DNA from: Planctomycetota bacterium
GTDB lineage: Bacteria > Planctomycetota > MHYJ01 > WSZJ01
Length of the DNA: 64,000 nucleotides
NCBI GenBank assembly: GCA_038060895.1
Contig: JBBTCT010000024.1
Span: 96,001 to 160,000, forward strand
Direction of reading: 5' to 3'
Within the stretch, counting starts at the first letter, position 1. Each line of letters opens with the position of its first letter. The translations under genes were made by a program, and so were the position numbers. A model generated the notes under the pieces. The model did not search any database. It had not been told where the DNA came from and saw only the letters and a list, made by a program, of their open reading frames with translations. Shown one piece after another: positions 27,848-37,988 of this stretch.

Positions 27848-28620
27848 TCCCTGAAATCATCGCGACGGCGGCCGCGGCGGCCGCAGGCACGGCCGTCGCC
27901 ATCCACGGCATCTTCGCTTCGCGCAGCTGCTTCTGGGGCCCTCTCACCTGGCGCGGCGACGATTCGCCCCCCGCCCGCGTCGCGCTGACGTTCGACGACG
28001 GCCCGCATCCGGAAGCGACTCCGCGCGCGCTCGACCTGCTCGCGAAGGCGGGCGCGCGCGCCGCATTTTTCCTCGTCGGGATGCAGGCCGAAAAGTGGCC
28101 CGCGATCGTGAAGCGGATCGTCGACGAGGGGCACCTCATCGGAAACCACAGCTGGTCGCATTCCAAGTCGGGCGGGTACCAATTCACCGGCTACTGGGAG
28201 AGCGAGATTGTCCGGACTGCGAGCCTTCTCGAGCAGATCGCCGGCGTGCGTCCTGCGTGGTTCCGGCCGCCGTACGTCGTGAAGCAATGGCACATGCATC
28301 GCGCGGTCCGCCGGTGTGGCAACACGATGATCACCTACACGGAGCGCGCGTTCGACGGCGTCGCAACGACTCCCGAGGCGATCGTCGCGCGCCTAGTGCC
28401 GCGCGCGACCGCCGGCGCAATCCTCACGCTTCACGACGGCGTCATTCCCGGCACCCCGCGCCCCATCGAACCGACGCTGGCGGCTCTTCCGAACGTGATC
28501 GAAGGCCTGCGCGCGCGCGGACTCGCCATCGCCCCCCTGGACGAACTCATCGCCGCGGCGCCGTACGCGGCCGCGGCCCGAGCCAAAGCCGCTCCTTCGC
28601 GGATCCACTCAGGCGCTTGA
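27844..28620 (+). CDS. polysaccharide deacetylase (NodB-like)
   Basis: LTFDDGP, GNHSWSH, FRPPY, LHD. Confidence 0.93.
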   Translation: MIPEIIATAAAAAAGTAVAIHGIFASRSCFWGPLTWRGDDSPPARVALTFDDGPHPEATPRALDLLAKAGARAAFFLVGMQAEKWPAIVKRIVDEGHLIGNHSWSHSKSGGYQFTGYWESEIVRTASLLEQIAGVRPAWFRPPYVVKQWHMHRAVRRCGNTMITYTERAFDGVATTPEAIVARLVPRATAGAILTLHDGVIPGTPRPIEPTLAALPNVIEGLRARGLAIAPLDELIAAAPYAAAARAKAAPSRIHSGA

Positions 28621-28675
28621 TCGCCTGCTTCGCGAATGGCTTCCCTTCGTCGTCCAGCCCGATTGTGATGGAGGG

Positions 28676-29278
28676 TCAGCGTCTGCCTACAGGCAGGGTT
28701 GCCGCAATCATGGCAAATGCAAGGCCGACGGCGATCGGCATCCCTTCTCCCGATCGACACATGTGAAGGAACGCCTGCCCCACTCTCGGATCGAGAATCC
28801 CGATGGGATCCACGGCGTAACCTGACGCGACCCGGCTCGAGTTCAGCCCGATCAGGATCGACATCCAGATCAGCATTGCGAAACCCGGGACGGTTGTCGC
28901 CGCCGAGAGCAAAGTCCAGAATCTTCCGGAAGCACCCTTCGAGCCGGTCCTTACACCCAGGCGCGCCCCGATTCCGGGAAGGATGCCGACCCCGATCGCC
29001 CACGGTCCCATGGCCACGCTCAGGGCGATACACGCAACTCCCCCGAGGATTCCGCCCGCGATTCCACCGACCACCGCGGCCAGCACCAGCATTGTGCCTC
29101 CGAGTTCTTCAGTCCCACCGGTCTCGCGCACGGTCTCCTCGGGCGGCAAGACCGAGCAGTCCCCGCACACGAGGGCCCCTCGCGAGATCACACCGCAGTA
29201 GTGGCAGATCGGCCTCGAGCACCGGGGGCATGGCCGCCGCGTTTTCTCGTACGACTTCTCGCAACACCGGGCACTCAT
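28676..29278 (-). CDS. Zn-finger membrane protein, hypothetical
   Basis: CPRC, CHYC, CGDC followed by several TM helices; TAAGAT 7 nt upstream of ATG. Confidence 0.7.
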   Translation of the reverse strand: MSARCCEKSYEKTRRPCPRCSRPICHYCGVISRGALVCGDCSVLPPEETVRETGGTEELGGTMLVLAAVVGGIAGGILGGVACIALSVAMGPWAIGVGILPGIGARLGVRTGSKGASGRFWTLLSAATTVPGFAMLIWMSILIGLNSSRVASGYAVDPIGILDPRVGQAFLHMCRSGEGMPIAVGLAFAMIAATLPVGRR

Positions 29279-29342
29279 GCCGCAAATCTTACAGCGGATC
29301 TCCCCAGCCAATGTCGTCGGTACCAAAGGAAAAAAGGCCTGG

Positions 29343-29530
29343 CCACAGAGGGCACAGGAGACACAGAGAAAGTAACTTCGGTCGCCTTGGTCGGAGAAAT
29401 TCCGTGTCTCTCCGTTCCTCCGTGTGCTCCGTGTTCAGGCGGTTGTTTCCCTTCTCCCGAAGGCGACTCCCCGTGGTCACCGGAAAAAACGACGAACACG
29501 GAAAACACGGAGGACCGGAGGCACACAGAA
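29343..29530. repeat. nonamer-built inverted repeat element, copy 2
   Basis: AAATTCCGTGTCTCTCCGTTCCTCCGTGTGCTCCGTGTTC ... GAACACGGAAAACACGGAGGACCGGAGGCACACAGAA, plus an extra CACAGAG arm at 29343. Confidence 0.8.
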
Positions 29531-29740
29531 GGGCATGCGCGATGCACACAGAGACGGGGTGCTCGGGAGGTGTCACAGGGAACTTCGTTGAGGCCTGGAT
29601 GACCCCCACGGGGGAAGTGCGCGATCGTCCGGGCGGCCTTGCAATTCCGGCCCTGTACCCCCATCTCGCCTCCGCCTTGCGCTTCGAGCCTCAATAGCGT
29701 CCAATACAGGGCTCCCCGCACCTCCCCCACGAGCGACACC

Positions 29741-31420
29741 ATGCCCCGCTGCGTCATCGTCCAGTCCGATCGCTCCATCCTCCTCGAGGTTGATACCCCG
29801 GGGTTCGAGGAAGCGCGGGACCTCCTCGCACGTTTCGCGGAGCTCGAGAAGTCGCCCGAGCACGTCCACACCTATCGCGTCTCCCCGCTCTCCCTCTGGA
29901 ACGCCGCGTCCGCCGGCATGCCCGCCTCCGAGATCATCTCGGGCCTCGAGAAACACGCGAAGTACGACATCCCCCAGAACGTCCGCGCCGAAATCCGCGA
30001 GCAGATGGCGCGGTTCGGGAGGGTGAAGCTGGAAGCCGCGGCGAACGGGTTTGTGCTGAAGTGCGCCGAGCCGGCGCTGTCGCTTCAGCTCTGGTCGAAC
30101 AACAAGATCCGCCCGCTGCTGGCGGAGAGGCTCGACGCGCTGACGATCCGGATCGAGACGGTGCAGCGCGGGCCGGTGAAACAGGCGCTTCTCAAGCTCG
30201 GCTGGCCCGTCGAGGACCTGGCGGGGTACGTGGAAGGAGACGCGCTCAAGTTCGAGGTGCGCGCGAACCGCGTCGCGGGGCCGGGGTGGGGGCTGCGGGG
30301 GTACCAGAAGGAAGCGGCGGACGCGTTCTGGGCGGGCGGGGCGACGAAAGGCGGAAGCGGCGTGGTGGTGTTGCCGTGCGGCGCCGGCAAGACGATGGTG
30401 GGGCTGGCGGCGATGTCGAAGGTGGGGATGCGGACGCTGATCCTCTGCACGAACGTGATCGCGGCGCGGCAGTGGCGGGACGAGCTGCTGGACAAGACGA
30501 CGCTGACGAAGGATGACATCGGGGAATACACGGGTCACTCGAAGGAAATCAAGCCGGTGACGATCGCGACGTACCAGATCCTCACGTGGCGCAAAAAGAA
30601 GTCGGACCCGTTCCTGCACTTTGAGATTTTCAACAAGGCGAACTGGGGCTTGATCATCTACGACGAAGTGCATCTGCTGCCCGCTCCGGTGTTCCGAGCG
30701 ACGGCGGAAATCCAGGCGCGGCGGCGGCTCGGGCTGACGGCGACGCTGGTGCGCGAGGACGGGCACGAGGGGGATGTCTTCAGCCTCATCGGCCCGAAGA
30801 AGTACGACGTGCCGTGGCGGGTGCTGGAGAAGCAGGGCTGGATCGCGGCCGCAGTGTGCCGCGAGATCCGCGCGGACCTCGCCCCCGAGGAGCGGATGCG
30901 ATACGCCGCTTCAGGCGACCGGGAGCAATTCCGGATCGCGAGCGAGAACCCGGCGAAGGTGGACGTGGTGAAGATGCTGCTGGGGCGGCACGAGCGCGAC
31001 CAGGTGCTGATCATCGGCCAGTACCTCGAGCAGGTGCTGGGGCTGGCGGAAGGGCTGGGCGCGCCGGCGATCACGGGGAAAACGCCCGTGAGGGAGCGGG
31101 AAGAAGCGTACGGGGCGTTCCGTGAAGGGCGGCGGAACCTGCTCGTGCTGTCGAAGGTCGGAAATTTCAGCCTGGATCTTCCGGATGCGAACGTGCTGAT
31201 CCAGGTGAGCGGGACGTTCGGATCGAGGCAGGAAGAAGCGCAGCGGCTCGGGCGGGTCCTTCGTCCGAAGTCGGACGGCGGGAAGGCGCATTTTTACAGC
31301 CTGGTGACGCGGGCGACGAGCGAAGAGGACTTTGCGCAGAAGCGGCAGCTGTTTCTGACGGAGCAGGGCTACCGGTATGAGGTGATCGATGCCGGGGCGG
31401 TGACTAAGGAGAAGGACTAA
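29741..31420 (+). CDS. XPB/Ssl2/Rad25-type DNA helicase
   Basis: IVQSDRSILLE, LEKSPEHVHTY, LPCGAGKT, DEVH, LGLTAT, QRLGRVLRPK. Confidence 0.93.
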   Translation: MPRCVIVQSDRSILLEVDTPGFEEARDLLARFAELEKSPEHVHTYRVSPLSLWNAASAGMPASEIISGLEKHAKYDIPQNVRAEIREQMARFGRVKLEAAANGFVLKCAEPALSLQLWSNNKIRPLLAERLDALTIRIETVQRGPVKQALLKLGWPVEDLAGYVEGDALKFEVRANRVAGPGWGLRGYQKEAADAFWAGGATKGGSGVVVLPCGAGKTMVGLAAMSKVGMRTLILCTNVIAARQWRDELLDKTTLTKDDIGEYTGHSKEIKPVTIATYQILTWRKKKSDPFLHFEIFNKANWGLIIYDEVHLLPAPVFRATAEIQARRRLGLTATLVREDGHEGDVFSLIGPKKYDVPWRVLEKQGWIAAAVCREIRADLAPEERMRYAASGDREQFRIASENPAKVDVVKMLLGRHERDQVLIIGQYLEQVLGLAEGLGAPAITGKTPVREREEAYGAFREGRRNLLVLSKVGNFSLDLPDANVLIQVSGTFGSRQEEAQRLGRVLRPKSDGGKAHFYSLVTRATSEEDFAQKRQLFLTEQGYRYEVIDAGAVTKEKD

Positions 31421-31424
31421 TATC

Positions 31425-31528
31425 GAAATATCGAATATCTAATATCTAATTTCTAATGGCCTGCTGCGTGCGGGATCGCCTCCATCGCAGTGACCATTGG
31501 ATATTAGATATTCGATATTAGATATTTC
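31425..31528. repeat. heptamer (AATATC[G/T]) inverted repeat
   Basis: 35-bp arms 31425-31459 and 31494-31528, about 4 mismatches. Confidence 0.85.
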
Positions 31529-31568
31529 TCAATTAAGCCGTTCCCCCCAAAGCCAGGCAAACACCCCG

Positions 31569-33644
31569 ATGCGCAAAAAAACCTCCTGGTCTCACCTCCC
31601 TCACCCGGGTCCCGACCCTACCCGCACCAAGACTCTCCGTGAAATCTTCGACTCCCTCGGCGACGGCTCCCTCCTCCTCATCTCCCAGGGGCGCCTCCCT
31701 CCGCGCCCCACCCCCCGCACCCGCGTCCAGCTCGCCGACGAGCTCGCCGACATCTTCGTCCACACCGAGGTCTTCAAGCGCGCCTGGTGGGAGACGCGGC
31801 CCGAGCTGCGCGAGACCTTCTGGCGCTGCCTCGACACGCTCTACCGCGACGGCGGCTGGTCGAAGTTCAAGGACTTCCCTGAGCCTCCGACCCCGCAGGA
31901 ACTCCACGACCTCGAGTGCGCAGGCCTGCTCTTCCCGATCCCTTCCGCCGTCCGCCCGCAGTTCCTCGCGCTCCCCTACGAGTGGTTCTTCATGCCCGAC
32001 ATGCCCGGCACCGGCCCGCGCTCGCTCTGCCAGGCGCTTCGCCACTATTCCGACGCCGGCGCCCGCGTCCTCGCCGTCGATCTGGGCCTGCGCGAAACGC
32101 TGCCGCGCGCGGCCGCTCTCGCCCGCCTGCACCGCAAGCTGATCGAAGCGGCGCCCCGCCTCGCCGAGAATCTCGCGCCGCTCGGAACGCAGCTCCTCGA
32201 ATTCGTCGCGCGCCGCGGCGGCATCATCGCCGCGAAGTCGCTCTCGGACCGCGTCGCCGCCATGCGCCCCGACTGGGCCCTCAGGCTTCCCCTCACCGCC
32301 GACGACCTCCTCGGCGCTCGCTTCAATCCCAACTCCCCCGTCCAGCTCCTCTCCCGCCGCGCCCTCCTCGCCCCGTGCGGCGAGCCCGGCTGGAGCGCGT
32401 TTCCGCAGGTGGTGATCCCTGAGGAGTTGCGTGAAGCGGCGTGCGCGAAGGTGTCACAGAAGGCGAACGCGGCGCTGGCGTCGGAGCGGAAGAAGCTGGG
32501 AGTGAAGCTCGCGGCCGCGCATCCCGACGCGCGCCCCGGGCAGTTCGCGGCAGATCTGAGGAGGCTGGCGCTGGTCGCGCACATCGAAAAGCTCGACGCG
32601 CGGAAGAGTGGCAAGGTCGGCAAGGCGGCGCGCGCGCGGCTTGAGGGCCTGCTTCATCTCTCGCCGTCGGAAGTGGACGAAATCCTCGGCTTCGCGGCGC
32701 GCCGTGCGGCCGCGGGGGCCGAGCTGGAAGTGGAATCCGACCCGCTGGGCGGGCAGGCGCTGGAGCCGTTCCTCTCGTTCTCTCCCGCGGAACAGACGCG
32801 GGCGCTTGCCGAGGACTTCCTCGGCCCCGCCGGCTGGCTTCGCGATTTCCGCAAGCACCTCGTCGCGCTTTTCACCGAGACGGGCGACCTCTGGGTTTCG
32901 ACGGAGGCGCTCGCAAAGCACCTCGGGGCGGATCCCGTGGCGATCGGCGCGTGGGAATCCGCGCACGCCGGCGAGCCCGGACCCTCCGAGGAAATCTGGA
33001 TCAAGGCCCGCGTCACGGCGGACCTGCGCACGCTGCACCGCCTCGGGTTCGCGGAGCGCGCGACCGGCGCGTCGCTCGACTCGTGGCGCCTCGCAAAATC
33101 GTCATCATGGGCGCTTCACGCAAAAAAAACACCGGCCGCCGCCCTCCGCGCCGCACGCACCGCCCCCGACTCCGAAACCGGCTTCGCCGTTCTCCCCACC
33201 CTCGAAGTCCTCGCTTCCCCCGCCGGCGGCACCGCCCTTCTCACCGCCCTGGCGCGCGTCGCCCGCCTCGAGCGCGCCGACGCCGCGTTCGTGTTCCGCC
33301 TCGACAAGCGCAGCATCGCCGCGGGTCTCAACGCCGGCATGACGATCGACGACGTCCGCGAATTCCTGGAAAAACACTCGCGCAACCCGCTCCCCGACAC
33401 CGTCCGCTTCCTCCTCACCGAACTCGGCGGCGACGACATCCAGGTCGTCTGGGAAGAGAAAGACAACCTCCTGCGCTGTGCCGACCCGATGGTGCTGCTG
33501 AAGCTGCGTCGCATCAAATGGCTGAAGCCGTGGCTGCTGGAAGCGTCGCCCGAAGGCACGCTGAAATTCGTGCCGGAAGCGGCGTGCGGCGAGCTGGTGA
33601 CGCGGCTGGCGAAGGAAGGGTACGTTGTAGGAAAGAGAGGATAG
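31569..33644 (+). CDS. XPB-associated protein with Helicase_C_3-like domain
   Basis: FRLDKRSIAAGLNAGMTIDDVREFLEKHSRNPLPDTV; adjacent to XPB. Confidence 0.78.
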   Translation: MRKKTSWSHLPHPGPDPTRTKTLREIFDSLGDGSLLLISQGRLPPRPTPRTRVQLADELADIFVHTEVFKRAWWETRPELRETFWRCLDTLYRDGGWSKFKDFPEPPTPQELHDLECAGLLFPIPSAVRPQFLALPYEWFFMPDMPGTGPRSLCQALRHYSDAGARVLAVDLGLRETLPRAAALARLHRKLIEAAPRLAENLAPLGTQLLEFVARRGGIIAAKSLSDRVAAMRPDWALRLPLTADDLLGARFNPNSPVQLLSRRALLAPCGEPGWSAFPQVVIPEELREAACAKVSQKANAALASERKKLGVKLAAAHPDARPGQFAADLRRLALVAHIEKLDARKSGKVGKAARARLEGLLHLSPSEVDEILGFAARRAAAGAELEVESDPLGGQALEPFLSFSPAEQTRALAEDFLGPAGWLRDFRKHLVALFTETGDLWVSTEALAKHLGADPVAIGAWESAHAGEPGPSEEIWIKARVTADLRTLHRLGFAERATGASLDSWRLAKSSSWALHAKKTPAAALRAARTAPDSETGFAVLPTLEVLASPAGGTALLTALARVARLERADAAFVFRLDKRSIAAGLNAGMTIDDVREFLEKHSRNPLPDTVRFLLTELGGDDIQVVWEEKDNLLRCADPMVLLKLRRIKWLKPWLLEASPEGTLKFVPEAACGELVTRLAKEGYVVGKRG

Positions 33645-33675
33645 GCATTCTCGAGACTCCATGATGGGAGCCGCC

Positions 33676-34506
33676 ATGAAGAAGATCCTGGTCGCCGTTT
33701 CCCTTGTCGTCTGCCTCACCCTTTCCGTCAGGTCCGAAGATCCGCCGCAGGGGACAGAGCCCGTCCAGAAAGTGCGCGCCTGCGGCCTGCAGATCGTGGG
33801 CAAGGGCTACGGCGCCGCCGACGACAACGACTCGCTTCGACCTCTCAATGCCTTCGGCTCCGGCACGAGCGTCGCGCTTCTCGTGACGCCGGGCGCCGGC
33901 ACGCTGATCCAGATCCTCACCGAAGAGTGCAAGGTGATGAAGTTCGTCGACGACAAGGGCACGGATCTTCTCAAGGGCGACATGAGGTTTGGCGAGCCGG
34001 GATTCAGCTTCGGCGCGCAGATCAGCAAGGACGGCAAGGCCGCCATGATGGAAGTCCGCGGCCCGGGGCTGCCTTCCCCTGAAGCCACTTCCTTCACCCT
34101 CGAAGGCACGACCGCCTTCATGGTGAGCGCCACGGGGAAGACCGAGACCGTGAAGGCAGAGAACGCCGAGATGAAGAAGGACGCGAAGTTCACCGCGGGG
34201 ACGATGACGTTCACGGTCCGTGAGGCGGGCAAACCGCAGTGGGGCGAGGATCCGCTCGCGATCGACATCTCCTGCAAGACGTCGCTGGAAGCGTTGAAGT
34301 CCGTGAAGTTCCTCGACGCCAACGGGAAAGAAATCGAGTCGAACCGTAACTCGACCAGCCGGGAGTCGTTCGGCGGAGACACGACCTGGGCCATGTCGTT
34401 CACGCTCAAGCAGAACGTCGAGAAGGCAACGGTGGTGATCGAATCGTGGGCCGACGCGAAGAAGCTGTTTGTGCCGGTGATCCTGAAGGTGAAGCTCGGG
34501 TTCTGA
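33676..34506 (+). CDS. exported hypothetical protein
   Basis: Signal peptide MKKILVAVSLVVCLTLSVRS; GGGAG RBS. Confidence 0.8.
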   Translation: MKKILVAVSLVVCLTLSVRSEDPPQGTEPVQKVRACGLQIVGKGYGAADDNDSLRPLNAFGSGTSVALLVTPGAGTLIQILTEECKVMKFVDDKGTDLLKGDMRFGEPGFSFGAQISKDGKAAMMEVRGPGLPSPEATSFTLEGTTAFMVSATGKTETVKAENAEMKKDAKFTAGTMTFTVREAGKPQWGEDPLAIDISCKTSLEALKSVKFLDANGKEIESNRNSTSRESFGGDTTWAMSFTLKQNVEKATVVIESWADAKKLFVPVILKVKLGF

Positions 34507-34649
34507 ACGCGCGGGCAAGAGTCGTCCTGCGTCGGCGTCGCACGGCTCATCCGGCGCGCACGACTGGTGCCGGTGATGGTGAGGTTGCGACTTGCGCGCC
34601 GGACGAGCCGCACGACGCCTCCTTCGGACGACTCTTGCCCGCGCGTTCA
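34504..34649. repeat. long palindromic (REP/MITE-like) element between convergent genes
   Basis: TGAACGCGCGGGCAAGAGTCGTCC ... GGACGACTCTTGCCCGCGCGTTCA perfect outer arms plus inner stem. Confidence 0.85.
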
Positions 34650-34689
34650 GGGACGCCGGCGAAGGCTCGCCTCCCTGAGGCCGCAAGCT

Positions 34690-35541
34690 CTACTTCCCGT
34701 CTACCTCGCGCCGAAGGTCCGCGACGGCCCGCTCGATCGCGAAATTCTCGGCCAACGGATTCTTGTTCCGGTTGGCGGCGCCTAGGGCGGCTTCGAACGC
34801 GGCGAGGGCTTCGACTTTTTTCCCCGTGGATCGCAGGACCTGGCCCTTGAGGAAGAGGACGGCAACGTCCTCGGGCTCCTTCGCGAGGTAGGCGTCGGCG
34901 GCAGCGAGCGCCCTGGCGGTGTCCTTTTTCCAGCCGGCGGCGTTCATGACCGCGAGGCACCTGCGCTGCGCGGCGACCGGGGTGGACGCCGCGGCGGGGG
35001 CGACCACGGTCAGGGTGACCGGGCTGGAGGCCAGTCCGTCGGGGACGGCGTTCCCGAGCTTCTTCGCGTCCACCACGACGCGCAGGGTCCAGGTGCCTGC
35101 CGGGAGGACGGAAGCGCCGGCCCCGTCGAGGATCCAGGCGAGCGTCCCGCTCCGTGCGCGCGTCAGCTCGATGCTCCCCTTCGTCGTGCTGGCCGCCGAG
35201 AACAGCGACGCCTTGTCTGCGTCTCCCGGGCCCCGGCACTCGAGTGTGAAAGCCTCCGACCACGGGCCGGAAGGATTCGTGAGGGTGAGGGAGTCGCCGG
35301 CGGAGCGCTTGAGGAAGATGTCCACCTGCACGACGACCGGTCCGTCCGCCGGGGCGGTGCACTCCACGCTGCCGTTCGCGGACGCCAGGATGTCCAGCGG
35401 AGACGCCGCCGGGACCTTCGGGACTCCGGGAACCGCCGGCGGCGGAGCCGGGGGATTTCCCGGATTCTTCGTGGATTCGCCCTTGCCGCATCCCGCAGCG
35501 AGCAGAGCCAAGGAAAGGACGATCGCGAACCGGGGGCGCAT
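34690..35541 (-). CDS. lipoprotein with C-terminal TPR
   Basis: Lipobox LAAGC; TPR-like helices; TGATG coupling to the upstream gene. Confidence 0.8.
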   Translation of the reverse strand: MRPRFAIVLSLALLAAGCGKGESTKNPGNPPAPPPAVPGVPKVPAASPLDILASANGSVECTAPADGPVVVQVDIFLKRSAGDSLTLTNPSGPWSEAFTLECRGPGDADKASLFSAASTTKGSIELTRARSGTLAWILDGAGASVLPAGTWTLRVVVDAKKLGNAVPDGLASSPVTLTVVAPAAASTPVAAQRRCLAVMNAAGWKKDTARALAAADAYLAKEPEDVAVLFLKGQVLRSTGKKVEALAAFEAALGAANRNKNPLAENFAIERAVADLRREVDGK

Positions 35542-37988
35542 CAGTTCCTCTTCTCCCACTTGTCGTTGACGACGAACTTGTGGAAGCAATTCCCCCGGCT
35601 CTCGCCGGCGTTGCCGTAGCGCGACTGCGGCCGGTGCGTCGAGGCGTTGCAGCCGGTCCCTTCCGGCGACGTGCATAGCCGCTCCCCCCAGACCTCCTGT
35701 TCCATGTGGAGGTAATACTCGCCCGCACGGGCCAGCGACGGGTAGCCGCCCGCGTTGTCGTAGCGCATGAAGCACGCGACGTCGCCGCTCATCTGCCCCC
35801 CCATTTCGCCGAGCAACACCGGGATGTCCATGGACCGGAGGCTCCTGTCCTTCGTGAGGTAGTTCAGGAGGGTCATGGTGTCGCCGGACTTCTCGTTGCG
35901 GACCACGACGCGCTTCCCGTTATGAGTCGTGACGAGCTCCCCGGTTTCCAGTTTCTCGAACTTGAAGGTGACCGAGCGTTCCCGTTCGCCGTGGTGGCGG
36001 ATGCCGAGCCCGTGACCCAGCTCGTGCGCGACGGTCGAGTCCGCGTAGGCGACCAGGAATCTCTCCCCGTTGCTGTACTGCCACTCCGGTTCCTGCCCGT
36101 CGAGCATCGACGGCAGGATCGACACGTTGAGAGTGTTCTTCGGGGGCCCGGGGAAACTGGCTCCCCTGTCCGTATTGCAGATGCTCGCGATCTGCTCCAC
36201 TTTTCCGTCCTTCCCCACAGCCGTGAGGCCGCCCTCCTGCACGCTGATGCCGTGCTGGTCCACCGAGTGCGGCCGCGCGGCATGGTGGAAATTCATCACA
36301 CGGTCGGCCCGGAACTCCGCGGGGCGAAGCTCGTCGTGCACGATGAGCTTCGTCGCTTCGCGGAAGAGACTGATCCCGTTGCGGGCCTTGCCACCGATGC
36401 GGTTGCAGATGAAGAGATCCTTCTGCAGCGGGACGCAGTCCGTGTCCAGCACCCCGCCGACCCAGAAGCCCCGGTATTCCTCCCAGACGGTGAAGCCGTC
36501 GCCATGCTGGCCGTCGCCCTCCGGGTAATTGTCGTCGTCGATGTCGTCCCTCTTGCCCGCGGCCTTGGCTTCGCGCCACCACCTCGGGATGAACGACAAC
36601 CCGCGCTCGAAGTCGGGGATCGGGAGCTCGCCCGCCCCCGTGCCCTCAACCCTGCCGTGCACCACCCGGCCGTCTTCCAGCGTCGCCTCCGCGACCAGCA
36701 CCGCCGTCGCCCCCGAGTCGAAACAGTCGACCGTCACCGTTCCCTTCCCGGCGGCCGCCGGCGCGTCCGTCAGGACGGCTTTCTGGCGTTTCTCGCGAAC
36801 CTCGTACCCCGGCACAAGAGTCTCCGCGCCCGCGAAGCGCAGGTCGAAATCCGGGGTTTCTGTCGTCAGGTGTTGCGGCCAGTTCATGCAGACGCCGGGC
36901 TCCGCGCTGGTCTCCGTCAGTTCGAAGACAACGCGCGTCACCTTCGCAGGGCGCGCCGGGTCGCCGCCTTCCTCCTCAACCCGCCACTCGACCGCTATGT
37001 CGTTGCCCTTCACGAACTCCGAGCTCGAGCAAAGCGGCCGCCACTGCGCGTACCCGACCGGTTTCAGGATCAACTTCGCGACCGTGGGCGGCGTCGGCGA
37101 AATGATGATGTCGAGGCTCAGCTCCAGCGGCGTGCCGTTGCCGGTGGAGTGCCCGCCGAAATTCAGGGCGGTGGAGTTGTCCTTGCTGGAGCTGTCGGGG
37201 AAGGGCGGCAGGAATTTGACCTGCTCCAGGACGTTGATGCCGATCCGGTCGTTGGTCAGCTGGAGCTTGCGCGAGCAGAGCTGCTCTTCCAGGGATTTCG
37301 TGATCCGCGGAAGCAGCCCGATCATCTTGTGCCGGCTGATTGGGTACACCGTGTCCCGGCGCACCTGCGTCCCCGCCGTGAAGGTGTGGTACTCGGCGAC
37401 CAGGCCCAGGCTTTTGGGCTCTCCCTGCTTCCGGTCGTTGGCGTCGGCCTCGAGCTCGACGTCAAAGATCATGTCCTTCATGTCGCAACTCAGCCCGTCG
37501 ATGTTGTGGATGTCCGCCGTGCCCGTGCCGGAGAACTTCGTGAAACCCCACACTTCCGTCGCCGCGTGAATCTCGCCGTGCGTGACGGACTTGTGCGCCA
37601 CCTCGTCGTTGATCGTCCAGACGACGCTGGTCCCGTGCTCGGACGGCTCCCAGCTGGTGAAGCGGGCATCGGACTTTTCGCCCGCGCCGAGGACCGAGGC
37701 CTTGGGACGGCTGTTCGAGCCTGAGCGGACCTCGTCGTAGACCAGCGTCCCGGTGACCTCGCGGGAAATGTTCCAATTCACCGTCTCGCTGTCGTCGCGG
37801 TCAACCTGCCTCTTCTCCCCTCTTCCGTGCAGCCGAAGCGTGAACGTCACGTACCACTTCTTGCGCGAGCGGAACTGGTCCTTGTCGAACGGCTGCGGCG
37901 GGTCGCCGCCGGAAAAGGACGCGGCAATGGCCAGCAGGGCTCCCGCCACGAGCGCCAGCCTGGGGGATTTTCCGCGGGGAAGGCTCAT
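35541..37988 (-). CDS. secreted metzincin-like metalloprotease
   Basis: HELGHGLGIRH, Met-turn-like CFMRY, Asp-rich GDGFTVWEEYRGF; signal peptide. Confidence 0.75.
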   Translation of the reverse strand: MSLPRGKSPRLALVAGALLAIAASFSGGDPPQPFDKDQFRSRKKWYVTFTLRLHGRGEKRQVDRDDSETVNWNISREVTGTLVYDEVRSGSNSRPKASVLGAGEKSDARFTSWEPSEHGTSVVWTINDEVAHKSVTHGEIHAATEVWGFTKFSGTGTADIHNIDGLSCDMKDMIFDVELEADANDRKQGEPKSLGLVAEYHTFTAGTQVRRDTVYPISRHKMIGLLPRITKSLEEQLCSRKLQLTNDRIGINVLEQVKFLPPFPDSSSKDNSTALNFGGHSTGNGTPLELSLDIIISPTPPTVAKLILKPVGYAQWRPLCSSSEFVKGNDIAVEWRVEEEGGDPARPAKVTRVVFELTETSAEPGVCMNWPQHLTTETPDFDLRFAGAETLVPGYEVREKRQKAVLTDAPAAAGKGTVTVDCFDSGATAVLVAEATLEDGRVVHGRVEGTGAGELPIPDFERGLSFIPRWWREAKAAGKRDDIDDDNYPEGDGQHGDGFTVWEEYRGFWVGGVLDTDCVPLQKDLFICNRIGGKARNGISLFREATKLIVHDELRPAEFRADRVMNFHHAARPHSVDQHGISVQEGGLTAVGKDGKVEQIASICNTDRGASFPGPPKNTLNVSILPSMLDGQEPEWQYSNGERFLVAYADSTVAHELGHGLGIRHHGERERSVTFKFEKLETGELVTTHNGKRVVVRNEKSGDTMTLLNYLTKDRSLRSMDIPVLLGEMGGQMSGDVACFMRYDNAGGYPSLARAGEYYLHMEQEVWGERLCTSPEGTGCNASTHRPQSRYGNAGESRGNCFHKFVVNDKWEKRN

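Noticed and set aside
29275-29871. ORFs spanning the intergenic repeat (29201..29602, 29275..29871, 29289..29609)
   Set aside because: Translations of the repeat element with no protein features
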